Notes: generated by a model not told the origin, from the sequence alone. A DNA stretch of 33,133 nucleotides from an uncultured Collinsella sp. (GCA_900551185.1 URVF01000001.1:1-33133); one strand, 5' to 3'. Shown: positions 1 to 8,526, counted from the first letter of the stretch. Made by a program: numbers and translations.

Positions 1-26
1 GGCTCGGAGATGTGTATAAGAGACAG
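1..26 (+). other. Nextera (Tn5) read-2 adapter remnant, sequencing artefact
   Basis: GGCTCGGAGATGTGTATAAGAGACAG is the 3' part of GTCTCGTGGGCTCGGAGATGTGTATAAGAGACAG. It produces the spurious 'MCIRDS' ORF start. Confidence 0.98.
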
Positions 27-480
27 CGGCAACGTCGCGGTCGAGCAGCACGACGGGCAGACGTCCCGCTGCCGCGGCGATCGCCTCGTCATTGCCTCCG
101 CAGGTGTTGACGACCAGGCCGTCCACGCCGGCATCGATAAGTCTGGTGAGCGACTCCGCTTCCTTAGCGGGGTCGTTGCCGCTAATGGCCGTCATGAGCG
201 AGCAGCCGCGCGCGGCGGCACTGGCGGAAAGCCCTTCGAGCATGGCGCTCGAGAACGGGTTGGCGATGTCGGCCAGGATCACGCCGATGAGGTTGGTGCG
301 TGAGCTGCGCAGATTGCGTGCGGCGGCACGTGGGCGATAGCCGGTGCGCTCGATGACCGCCGCGATGCGAGCACGGGTTTCCTCGGTCATTTGCCCAGGG
401 CGGTTGTTGAGATAGCGCGAGACCGTGGCCGGACTCACGCCCGCCTCGGCGGCAATGTCCTTGATTCTCATCTGCGCCAT
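27..480 (-). CDS. LacI-family transcriptional regulator, 3'-truncated by the contig end
   Basis: Not in the ORF track because it has no stop in the window. Manual translation from ATG at 480 gives MAQMRIKDIAAEAGVSPATVSRYLNNRPGQMTEETRARIAAVIERTGYRP, a classic LacI HTH. GGGGTG RBS-like motif upstream. Confidence 0.9.
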
Positions 481-603
481 AACGCACCCCGTTTCCCAAT
501 TGTCAGCGGTCTGAGCCATTTTAGGCATTTTTAAAAATCTCGGCTGCAAAATGCTGCAGATGGGCAGCATCGTTTTTGCGTCTCGAGCAGATGCGATGAT
601 GGG

Positions 604-1296
604 CTAGATGGCCGAGTCTTTGGACAGCTCAAAATAATCGGGATGCAAGGCAATAACCGGGCCCTGCTCCTCGGGCATAAGATGCAAGTGTGTCTCGGCC
701 AGATAGCTCGCCGCATCGGTATCGCCCCTCTTAATAGCCTCGAGAATTCGGCGATGCTGCCGACGAATCGGCTCCCAATCCAAATCCTGCGACACCATGC
801 GCAGCCAGTTGTATCGCTCAAAATGTGTATTGACGCTCTTCATCCAATCCCACAACATATGGCGGCCGGCAATCTCAAAACACGTCTCATGGAACAGGTT
901 GTCCAGATCGAAAAAGCGACGCGTTTCGCTATGGTCGAGCGACTCAGACTCGGTAAGAATCTGCTCGAGCCGCTGCTTTTGCTCGGGCGCAGCAGCCGAA
1001 CAGCATTTAATGAGTACGCTTCTCTCGAGCTTCTCACGCAAGAAGCAGGCGTTTTCGGCGCGTTCCATGCTGATCTTAGAGACGTAGGTGCCGCTTTTGG
1101 GACGCGTTTCCACCAGCTCCTGCTCACGCAAGCGCACAAAGGACTCGCGAATGGGCGTGCGCCCGATTCCCGTCTCCTTTTCCAGACCAATCGCCGAAAG
1201 GCGCGTGCCGGGCTTGAGCTCGGCATAGATGATCTTGGAGCGCAATGCGTTGTATGCCTGATCTTGCAAGCTCTGATAATGCTGGTGTTGTTCCAT
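604..1296 (-). CDS. GntR-family (FadR/FCD) transcriptional regulator
   Basis: N-terminal wHTH (LKPGTRLS...GIGRTPIRE...PKSGTYV) and FCD motifs (LDNLFH, QHRRILEAIKRGD, ETHL). Confidence 0.92.
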   Translation of the reverse strand: MEQHQHYQSLQDQAYNALRSKIIYAELKPGTRLSAIGLEKETGIGRTPIRESFVRLREQELVETRPKSGTYVSKISMERAENACFLREKLERSVLIKCCSAAAPEQKQRLEQILTESESLDHSETRRFFDLDNLFHETCFEIAGRHMLWDWMKSVNTHFERYNWLRMVSQDLDWEPIRRQHRRILEAIKRGDTDAASYLAETHLHLMPEEQGPVIALHPDYFELSKDSAI

Positions 1297-1431
1297 AAAG
1301 CCCTCGGATGAAGCTCACGGTTTGTCGAATATCACCACGTAATACTATCGCATCGACACGCCCCGGCTCCCAATCAGTCTTTTTGGGACGGGGCTCTTTT
1401 AGCTACCCTGGCCCGCAGATCGGCCCCCCCC

Positions 1432-1593
1432 TGTCACAAAAGTGGCCCATCTACTACGTTAACACGGATAGCCTCGGCCATACCGAAAACCGTGAAAACA
1501 AAACCGCAGGTAGACAGCTTGTCGATTTTCGAAAAAGCCGACTATGGTTGACCCCTGCGGCTTAAACGTAGTAGATAGGCCCTTTTCGTGGCG
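1432..1593. repeat. Palindromic MITE-like element with imperfect 29-bp terminal inverted repeats
   Basis: TGTCACAAAAGTGGCCCATCTACTACGTT (1432-1460) pairs with AACGTAGTAGATAGGCCCTTTTCGTGGCG (1565-1593). The inner 12 bp are perfect, and there is an internal CCGCAGG/CCTGCGG stem. Confidence 0.6.
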
Positions 1594-1680
1594 CAGCACT
1601 ACTGCACCCCAAATTGGTACCTCGAGCCTGTTATAAGTTGCTGTGAAATACGGACGGTTGATAATCAAGGCGCGCTATAC

Positions 1681-1730
1681 GGCTTGCTATATCTCACTAT
1701 ACTTTGCTGTACGTCGCTATACTTTGCTAT
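1681..1730. repeat. Degenerate 10-bp tandem repeat, 5 units, consensus about ACTTTGCTAT
   Basis: Units are GGCTTGCTAT, ATCTCACTAT, ACTTTGCTGT, ACGTCGCTAT and ACTTTGCTAT, at an exact 10-bp period. Confidence 0.7.
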
Positions 1731-1768
1731 AACTTGACAATAATCGGCCCGTTACCATCCGGGATATA

Positions 1769-1802
1769 ACGGACCCCAAGCCAACGCTGGCTTGGGGTCC
1801 GT
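1769..1802 (-). terminator. Hairpin terminator downstream of the Schlafen-domain gene
   Basis: ACGGACCCCAAGCCA-acgc-TGGCTTGGGGTCCGT, a perfect 15-bp stem about 20 bp past the stop. The U-tract is weak. Confidence 0.65.
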
Positions 1803-1823
1803 CTTGTACTATGGCTCTTTTGA

Positions 1824-3077
1824 CTATGAGCGCTCGTATTTCGTGGCCCGCCCGGTTCCCTGCCTTACGATTGCATTCCGTTCAAGCAGAGATTCGAGTG
1901 CCGCCAACGTCCGCATGCGGCTCAGCCCCGTCTGTTTTTCAATCTCGCTTCGCGACATAATTCGACCGCCCGACAAGGCTTTGAGAACCTGGGCCTCTTC
2001 CTCGGACCCTTCAAGGGCATCGGTAACGGGCAATGTGACGGCCACCATGCCGCCGCGAACATCAAAAATTGGTTGATTGATCGAATCGCGATAGGCACGT
2101 CTAATGCGCGCGATTCCCGTACCAAATTTCTCGATGTAATCCAGCTTTAAGAAGGCCTCTGCAACGATGGGGTTTCTGAGCACGGATATCTGCCCATACA
2201 GGTATTGTTCCGTCGTCAAACCGGCGGGCAGCGATCCAGGAGAGGTCACAACGACGCGATTATCGTACAGGGCAATTTGAACGTTCGCTCGAACGTCCCA
2301 CGTCCGATGCACCAAAGCATTTGCGACAGCTTCGCGAAACGCCTCGAGAGGAATTCGATCGGTTTGGACGCGCTCCATCCCTTCGATACGCTCATAACGG
2401 TAGTAGCGTGCAAACATAGCTACCGCCCTGTCCACCTGCTCAATTGCGGATACATTTGTCGCCGCTTCGCGATCCAAGATCACATCCTCGGTATCACCAA
2501 AACGGACGCAATCGATGCCCGGAAAATCATTCTTATCCGCCAAAATCGCCGCAGCGTTGGTATAGCCGTCCTTGCCGAGCAAGCGAAGCGTGCGCATAAT
2601 ATCCGACGTTAGTTCAGAAATGCCGAGATGTTCAACACATTTATGCTCGAGCGTGTGAAAACTCAAGTCCTGGCGAGCCGACGTGAGCGCGTCGAACGTT
2701 ACGTTGCTGCCTTCGAGCGTCAGCCTGCCATACTCAAACCGGTCGACCTCCACTGTTGCCGAATCGTTTCGCCTGTAGGCCTTTCCCTTGCTTCGATAGG
2801 GTTTGTCCTGGCCCTCATAAACCGTAAGGATTACGGTCCCGTGTTTCTCATCGGGCTCGAGCGTGTAACGGGGAGCGGGGTCCAAGCTGTCATTAATCAT
2901 GTTCTCGATGCGAAGACACTCTGCGACCGGATCCGCAAGGCCGACAGCCACGCCCTCGTCATCAACGCCAAACTCAATCTTGCCCGTCCCGTAGTTTGCA
3001 TAGGCACTCACCGTTTTAAGAAACGTCGGCGTAACGCTTTCCTTGTATTCGACTGTAGGGCTCTCTCTAACAACCAT
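1824..3077 (-). CDS. Schlafen/AlbA_2 domain + HATPase_c_4 + C-terminal winged-HTH protein (often labelled RecG-like or ATP-binding protein)
   Basis: AlbA_2 motifs RESPTVEYKE and VSAYANYGTGKIEFGVDD; HATPase_c_4 motifs REAVANALVHR, SPGSLP, RNP and IEKFGTGI; C-terminal wHTH ending GTGRATKY. ATG at 3077 has AGAGGT 7 nt upstream. Confidence 0.88.
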   Translation of the reverse strand: MVVRESPTVEYKESVTPTFLKTVSAYANYGTGKIEFGVDDEGVAVGLADPVAECLRIENMINDSLDPAPRYTLEPDEKHGTVILTVYEGQDKPYRSKGKAYRRNDSATVEVDRFEYGRLTLEGSNVTFDALTSARQDLSFHTLEHKCVEHLGISELTSDIMRTLRLLGKDGYTNAAAILADKNDFPGIDCVRFGDTEDVILDREAATNVSAIEQVDRAVAMFARYYRYERIEGMERVQTDRIPLEAFREAVANALVHRTWDVRANVQIALYDNRVVVTSPGSLPAGLTTEQYLYGQISVLRNPIVAEAFLKLDYIEKFGTGIARIRRAYRDSINQPIFDVRGGMVAVTLPVTDALEGSEEEAQVLKALSGGRIMSRSEIEKQTGLSRMRTLAALESLLERNAIVRQGTGRATKYERS

Positions 3078-3120
3078 ATGCACAACCTCTTCGTTTCGTA
3101 CTATTCATGACCGTATTATA

Positions 3121-3173
3121 AGACGAAAACTGTTTGCGTATTGATTTATCCAAGACGCAAATGGTTTTCGTCT
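3121..3173. promoter_or_regulatory. Inverted repeat in the promoter of the Schlafen-domain gene, candidate autoregulatory operator
   Basis: AGACGAAAACTGTTTGCGT pairs with ACGCAAATGGTTTTCGTCT (19 bp, 2 mismatches). It abuts a minus-strand TATAAT at 3115-3120. Confidence 0.5.
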
Positions 3174-3198
3174 GTCAATACGTCTGCAATCCAAACGA

Positions 3199-3234
3199 AA
3201 AGAGCCCCGAGCTCGTTTGAACTCGGGGCTCTTT
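3199..3234 (-). terminator. Intrinsic terminator, probably bidirectional
   Basis: AAAGAGCCCCGAG-10 nt-CTCGGGGCTCTTT, with an A-run on the left and a T-run on the right. Confidence 0.8.
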
Positions 3235-3254
3235 GTGCCGCACATCTATGAGAA

Positions 3255-3383
3255 GAGTAATTCGATGCGTACGAGCGCTACTCCATGAAGCCGCCCTGGG
3301 ATGGCGGCAACCTCGTCAATGGGTTCAGGTTTACATGCATCAACTTGGTGCAAACTAACCTGACTCCCATGCACCAAGGGAGT
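3255..3383. ncRNA. Candidate structured RNA with contiguous hairpins and a loop-loop pseudoknot
   Basis: Adjacent stems GCCGCC/GGCGGC, AACC/GGTT, CAGGTT/AACCTG and ACTCCC/GGGAGT. The loops of the last two are complementary over 8 nt (TTGGTGCA/TGCACCAA). Confidence 0.4.
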
Positions 3384-3385
3384 GA

Positions 3386-5335
3386 CTAGAGCTCGCAGGC
3401 AACCTTGTAGCCATCGCCGATGGCATCGCGGATGTTGCCACACTTCTTGGCATCGCCCAGCACGTGGGTGGCAACGCCGGCAGCGGCAAGGTCGTCGGCC
3501 AGCTTGGTATTGGGACGATAGCCCATGGCAAGCACCAGCGTATCGGCACCGGTGATGGTGTGGACCTCGCCATCCTTCTCGTAGCTGATGGCATCCTCGG
3601 TAATCTCGGTCACCTTGGCCTCGGTCAGCACGTGAACGCCCTTGGAGAGCATGCGCGTGATGAGCACTGCGCGACCGGCACCACCCTCGTTGGCGGCGAG
3701 CGTCTTGGTCATCTCGATGACGGTGACATCGCGGTTGGCCGGCGACAGGTCGTTGACCAACGGGGCCAGGTAATCGGCCGTCTCGCAGCCGACGGTGCCG
3801 CCGCCCACGATGACGATCTTCTTGCCCGGGAAAGCCTTGCCACCCAGCAGGTCGTCAGCCGTCATGACCTGCTTAAAGCCCTGCATGAAGGCCGGGGCGA
3901 TGGGCTCGGCGCCATAAGCTAGGACGACCTTGTAGCCGGCGTAGTCACGCTGAATGTCCTCGGCCGAAAGCTCGGTACCAAAAACGCACTTCACGCCCGC
4001 CTCAGCAAGACGGCGATACTGATATTTGATCACGCGGGTGAGCTCCTGCTTTGCCGGCGGAACGGCCGCGATGCGCATCTCGCCACCCGGCTCATCCTGC
4101 TTGTCAACGAGCACCACGTTGTGTCCGCGCTTGGCGGCAATGTAGGCAGCCTCCATACCCGCAGGACCAGCGCCCACAACGAGCACGTTCTTAGCCTCGG
4201 CGGCAGGCTCGTAGCCAGCCTCGTCGCGCTCCACGTCCGGGTTGACGGTGCAGGAGATGCGCTTGCCAAACATGATGCCGTTCAGGCAGCGCAGGCAGCC
4301 AATGCAGGGGCGGATGTCGTCGGCGTTGCCGGCAGCGGCCTTGTTGCAGAACTCGGCATCGCACAGATTGGCGCGGCCCATCATACAGATGTCGGCAGCG
4401 CCGTCCTCGATCAGCTCCTCGGCGATCCAAGCCTCGTTGATACGTCCGACGGTGGCGACGGGAATGTTGACGTGCTTTTTAATCTCGCGCGAGCAGGCGG
4501 CGTGCGAGGCCTGCTGCGTACCGGCGGCGGGAATCGCGGAGCCGCGCTTGATAGTGGTGCCGCCCGACACGTGAATCATGTCGACGCCGGCCTTTTCCAG
4601 GCGACGCGAGACGTAGATCATGTCGTTGAGGGTCAGGCCGCCATCGGTGTACTCATCACCCGAGATGCGGACGTCGATGATAAAGTCCTTGCCGCAGCGC
4701 TCGCGAATCTCGGCGATGACCTCGAGCAAAAAGCGCATGCGGGCATCGAGCGAGCCGCCGTACTCGTCGGTGCGCTTGTTGTAGAGCGGAGTCAAAAAGC
4801 CGCCGAGCATGCCGTGGGCGTGCGCCGCGTGGACCTCGACGCCATCGACACCGGCCTTCTGCATACGCACGGCAGCGTCGCCAAACTGATGCGTGAGCTC
4901 GTGGATCTCATCGACCGTGATAGGACGCGGCGCCTCGCGGGCATAGGACGGGCCCACAAAGGACGGAGCGATCAGGCGCGGCGTGCCCGGAATGTTAAAG
5001 GCCATGTAGGCGGGGTGGAAGAGCTGCGGCATGATCTTGCAGCCGTACTCGTGGACGGCTGCGGCGAGCTTTTCCCAGCCGGGGATAAACGTGTCGTCGT
5101 AACAGCACATGTCACCCGGCAGATAGGTATAGGTGGGCTCGACCGTCACGACCTCGGTGATGATCAGGCCCACGCCGCCCTTGGCGCGAGCACGGTAATG
5201 ATCGACCAAGTCGTCGGTCACATAGCCGTGATCGGCTAGGTTGGTAGATACCGGCGGCATAAAGACGCGGTTCTTGACCTCGGTCGTACCGACCTTGATC
5301 GGGCTAAAGAGCATCGGATAGGCGGAGGACTCCAT
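3386..5335 (-). CDS. NADH:flavin oxidoreductase, OYE TIM barrel + 4Fe-4S + FAD/NAD domain (BaiH/BaiCD/FadH-like ene-reductase)
   Basis: LFSPIKVG..KNRVFMPP; EVHAAHAHG; NKRTDEYGGS; CIGCLRC-x11-C Fe-S motif; GAGPAG and GGGTVG Rossmann motifs. ATG at 5335 follows an AAAGGA RBS. Confidence 0.9.
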   Translation of the reverse strand: MESSAYPMLFSPIKVGTTEVKNRVFMPPVSTNLADHGYVTDDLVDHYRARAKGGVGLIITEVVTVEPTYTYLPGDMCCYDDTFIPGWEKLAAAVHEYGCKIMPQLFHPAYMAFNIPGTPRLIAPSFVGPSYAREAPRPITVDEIHELTHQFGDAAVRMQKAGVDGVEVHAAHAHGMLGGFLTPLYNKRTDEYGGSLDARMRFLLEVIAEIRERCGKDFIIDVRISGDEYTDGGLTLNDMIYVSRRLEKAGVDMIHVSGGTTIKRGSAIPAAGTQQASHAACSREIKKHVNIPVATVGRINEAWIAEELIEDGAADICMMGRANLCDAEFCNKAAAGNADDIRPCIGCLRCLNGIMFGKRISCTVNPDVERDEAGYEPAAEAKNVLVVGAGPAGMEAAYIAAKRGHNVVLVDKQDEPGGEMRIAAVPPAKQELTRVIKYQYRRLAEAGVKCVFGTELSAEDIQRDYAGYKVVLAYGAEPIAPAFMQGFKQVMTADDLLGGKAFPGKKIVIVGGGTVGCETADYLAPLVNDLSPANRDVTVIEMTKTLAANEGGAGRAVLITRMLSKGVHVLTEAKVTEITEDAISYEKDGEVHTITGADTLVLAMGYRPNTKLADDLAAAGVATHVLGDAKKCGNIRDAIGDGYKVACEL

Positions 5336-5437
5336 ACAGGGTTCCTTTCGTTTGAGCCGCTCGGCGGCAGTTGCTAACGTACTTATCGTATCAGCAACCG
5401 CCGCATCCGCAGTCATACATGCCCAAAAGCCGGTCGG

Positions 5438-5638
5438 CTAATGAATACCGCGGCCCAAGTCTTCGGCGATTTTGTCGACGCCTTTCAGCGCGGCACAGGT
5501 CTTTTTGTTGGAGCAATGCCCCGTGCAAACGCCACCCTGAGCGCAGTCGGCGCAGGCGCCCTTGCGGTAGATGCGCACGCATACCGCGACAAACGCAACA
5601 CCGATAACAGCCAGTACAACAATATCGATAGGTGCCAT
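5438..5638 (-). CDS. FeoB-associated Cys-rich small membrane protein
   Basis: 66 aa with one N-terminal hydrophobic helix, then CADC..C..HC..C. AGGAGG RBS. Lies directly downstream of feoB. Confidence 0.8.
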   Translation of the reverse strand: MAPIDIVVLAVIGVAFVAVCVRIYRKGACADCAQGGVCTGHCSNKKTCAALKGVDKIAEDLGRGIH

Positions 5639-5651
5639 AGCAAGCCTCCTC

Positions 5652-5671
5652 TAGTTAACCATCACTTACTT
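5652..5671. promoter_or_regulatory. Candidate metal-repressor box (AAGTTA-N8-TAACTT type)
   Basis: TAGTTAACCATCACTTACTT, just upstream of the RBS of the Cys-rich gene. Resembles the boxes at 8217 and 8814/8844. Confidence 0.45.
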
Positions 5672-5751
5672 TAACCCATTCTCCACCTACCAAAAAGGGA
5701 CAGGTTTATTTTGGTCGGTTTTATCTGCAGAAACGCCATATCTCCCCCACC

Positions 5752-5785
5752 AAAAAGCCCGAGTGTCGCTGGGACACCCGGGCTC
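5752..5785 (-). terminator. Intrinsic terminator after feoB
   Basis: AGCCCGAGTGTC-gctgg-GACACCCGGGCT stem preceded by AAAA, which is a U-tract on the minus strand. Confidence 0.7.
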
Positions 5786-5813
5786 GTGAAAAGGGGCTAA
5801 TCCTTATTCGGAA

Positions 5814-8141
5814 CTAGGCGGAAACTGCGGCGGAAGCAGTGTTGGTCTCGTCCTCGTCGGTCCATGCATGCTTGGGCATGGGACGGAAGATCTGGAAGAG
5901 CATCGCAACCAGCAGCACGATGGCCACAACCGTCCAGATACCAAACTGTCCCAACACAAGCAGGTTGTAGAACTGGTTGATGAACAGGCCGATCACCCAA
6001 GCGAAGATGCACTCGTAACCGATGGCAATCGCGAACCACTTGCCGGAATCCATCTGGTTGCGGATGGCACCCATGGCAGCAAAGCACGGAGCGCACAGCA
6101 GGTTGAACGCGCCAAAGGCGACGCAAGCGCCCATGGTGGGGAACATGCCGGCAAACGCGGTCCACAGGCTCGGGTCGGTCTCGGCGGCATCAGCCACGGA
6201 CAGCAGCGAGCCGGCGGTGGCGACGACGTTCTCCTTGGCGACAAGGCCCGAGACGGACAGCGCTGTTGCCTGCCAGGTGCTAAAGCCAAGCGGGGCGAAG
6301 ATCCAGGAGATCAGGTTACCGAGCATGGCCAGCACGGAGTAGTCCATGAACTCCTCGGAGATGCCGTCCATCGCGGGCAGGTAGCCAAAGGAACCGTTGT
6401 AGCTACCAAAGTTGGACAGGAACCAAACCACGACAGTGGACGCGAAGATGACCGTACCAGCCTTCTTGATAAAGGCCCAGCAGCGCTCCCACACGTGCAG
6501 CGCCCAAGAGCGGATCGCCGGGAAGTGGTAGGCAGGAAGCTCCATAACAAACGGCGTCGGGCGGCCGGCGAAGAGCTTGGTCTTCTTGAGCATGAGGCCC
6601 GAGGCGATGACGGCAAAGACGCCCAGGAAGTAGAAGAGCGGGCTGATCCACGCGGCGGTGGTGGAAGAATCGCCGATGATGGAGCCCATGAGCAGGGCGA
6701 TGATCGGCAGCTTGGCGCCACAGGGGATGAACGTGGTGGTCATGACCGTCATGCGGCGGTCCTTCTCGTTCTCGATGGTCTTGGTAGCCATGACGCCGGG
6801 AACGCCGCAGCCCGAGGACACGAGCATGGGGATAAAGGACTTACCGGACAGGCCAAAGCGGCGGAACACGCGGTCCATGATGAAGGCGACGCGGGCCATG
6901 TAGCCGCAGTCCTCCAGGAAAGAGAGCATCACGAACAACAGGAACATCTGCGGGACAAAGCCCATGATGGCGCCGATGCCGGCCACGATACCGTCGCAGA
7001 CGAGGGAGTCAACAAGACCGCCGTCCTCGGTGCCGCCCGCCACAAGGGCGTCGTGCACCACGGTGGTGATACCCGGGACATAGGGGCCGTACTGCGCCGG
7101 GTCGACCGAGTCGGCGTTATCGCCCGCAGCCTCGACAGCTGCGTCGTAGGCGTCGCGACCCTGGCCGAGCACATACCAGCCGTCGGTGCCAAAGAGCTGG
7201 TCGTTGGTGAAGTCGGTCACCGTGCCGCCCAGGGTGGAAACGGCGATGTAGTACACGCAGAACATGATGACCACAAAGATCGGCAGGCCCAGAATACGGT
7301 TGGTAACCACGCGGTCGATCTTCTCGGAGGTGCTCATCTTGGCAGGAGCCTTGGTCATGCACTCGTCAATGATGTGGGCAATCACGCCATAGCGCTCACC
7401 GGTGATGATGGACTCGGCATCGTCGTCGCAGTCCTGCTCGCACTGGGTGACCAGCTCCTCCACGCGAGCGGCCTTCTCCTTGGTGAGGTTGATGAGCTTG
7501 CAGGCGTCTGCATCGCGCTCAAACAGCTTGACGGCGTAGTAGCGACGCTTGTTGGCGGGAACGCTCGCCGGAAGGTTGTTCTCGATGTGGTCCAGAACGT
7601 CCTCGATGGAGGAATCGAACTTGTGCTCCGGCACCTGGCCCTTAGAAGAAGCGGACTTCTTGACCTGCTCGAAAAGCTCCTTGATGCCCTTGTTCTTAAG
7701 AGCCGAGATCATCATGACCGGACAACCGAGCTTCTTGGAAAGCTTGTCGGTGTCGATCTTGTCGCCGTTCTTCTCGACCAGGTCGGCCATGTTGAGGGCA
7801 ACGACCACGGGCAGGCCGGTCTCGATAACCTGAAGCGCCAGGTACAGGTTACGCTCGAGGTTGGTGGCGTCGACCACCTGAACGACGACATCGGGCTCGC
7901 CGCTCATGAGGTAATCGCGCGAGCATTGCTCCTCGGGGCTGTAAGGGGAAAGCGAGTAGATGCCAGGGAGGTCCGTGATGGTAACGTTCTTGTCGCTTAG
8001 GAGCTTGGCTTCCTTTTTCTCAACCGTGACGCCGGGCCAGTTGCCAACGTAGCCGTTGGCGCCGGTGATCAGGTTGAAAAGCGTGGTCTTGCCGCAGTTG
8101 GGGTTACCCGCCAACGCGACATGGATCTGAGAATCCGCCAT
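5814..8141 (-). CDS. feoB: Ferrous iron transporter B
   Basis: G-protein motifs GNPNCGKT, VGNWPGVTVE, DLPG and NMAD; membrane motifs LEDCGYMAR, GLSGKSFIP and PFVMELP. Confidence 0.97.
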   Translation of the reverse strand: MADSQIHVALAGNPNCGKTTLFNLITGANGYVGNWPGVTVEKKEAKLLSDKNVTITDLPGIYSLSPYSPEEQCSRDYLMSGEPDVVVQVVDATNLERNLYLALQVIETGLPVVVALNMADLVEKNGDKIDTDKLSKKLGCPVMMISALKNKGIKELFEQVKKSASSKGQVPEHKFDSSIEDVLDHIENNLPASVPANKRRYYAVKLFERDADACKLINLTKEKAARVEELVTQCEQDCDDDAESIITGERYGVIAHIIDECMTKAPAKMSTSEKIDRVVTNRILGLPIFVVIMFCVYYIAVSTLGGTVTDFTNDQLFGTDGWYVLGQGRDAYDAAVEAAGDNADSVDPAQYGPYVPGITTVVHDALVAGGTEDGGLVDSLVCDGIVAGIGAIMGFVPQMFLLFVMLSFLEDCGYMARVAFIMDRVFRRFGLSGKSFIPMLVSSGCGVPGVMATKTIENEKDRRMTVMTTTFIPCGAKLPIIALLMGSIIGDSSTTAAWISPLFYFLGVFAVIASGLMLKKTKLFAGRPTPFVMELPAYHFPAIRSWALHVWERCWAFIKKAGTVIFASTVVVWFLSNFGSYNGSFGYLPAMDGISEEFMDYSVLAMLGNLISWIFAPLGFSTWQATALSVSGLVAKENVVATAGSLLSVADAAETDPSLWTAFAGMFPTMGACVAFGAFNLLCAPCFAAMGAIRNQMDSGKWFAIAIGYECIFAWVIGLFINQFYNLLVLGQFGIWTVVAIVLLVAMLFQIFRPMPKHAWTDEDETNTASAAVSA

Positions 8142-8216
8142 TCAATCCTTCTTCCTTGTGTGCCCGCGCTGCTTTCTCCGCGCAGGCTGGATAATGTGCT
8201 TCAAAGACGCCGCATT

Positions 8217-8236
8217 AAGTTAGAAAAACCTAACTT
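8217..8236. promoter_or_regulatory. Palindromic candidate DtxR/MntR-type metal box
   Basis: AAGTTAG-AAAAAC-CTAACTT with perfect 7-bp arms, upstream of feoB. Confidence 0.6.
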
Positions 8237-8264
8237 TATCTGCAGAAATATGCGCCGCAAGTCC

Positions 8265-8486
8265 TTACTGAACCTCGACGACGGCGGCCTCCTCCTTGCG
8301 GATGGAAAGCTCGTAGCCGCGCACGTTGATCTCGACCGGATCACCGAGCGGTGCAACCTTCACGACCTTGAACGAAGTGCCCTTGATGAGCCCCAGGTCC
8401 ATAAGGTGGCGGCGAAGCGCACCCTCACCGTGAAGCTTGACGATGGTGGAGCTCTCGCCCACCTTAACGTCACCCAACGTCTTCAT
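8265..8486 (-). CDS. feoA: Ferrous iron transport protein A
   Basis: LMDLGL..G...VVKVAPLGDPVEINVRGYELSIRKEEA is a canonical FeoA signature. Confidence 0.95.
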   Translation of the reverse strand: MKTLGDVKVGESSTIVKLHGEGALRRHLMDLGLIKGTSFKVVKVAPLGDPVEINVRGYELSIRKEEAAVVEVQ

Positions 8487-8526
8487 TTACTTGTCCCCCT
8501 TTCAGTGCGTACAGAATTACCGTCGA

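Noticed and set aside
3386..5335. Naming the oxidoreductase bilR, baiCD or baiH
   Set aside because: It lacks the BilR HGDR motif and any bai operon context. Similarity is only at family level.
5685..5750. GGGACAGG-containing short palindrome (similar GGGGACTGCCCC at about 8972)
   Set aside because: Possibly fragments of a dispersed repeat, but too short and degenerate to support from this window alone.
5868..8000. 710-aa + strand ORF, and similar long ORFs at 4121-5239, 16739-18388, 22578-23732, 25507-27549, 27876-29165 and 29360-30937
   Set aside because: Each lies antisense to a well-supported gene and has the typical shadow-ORF composition.
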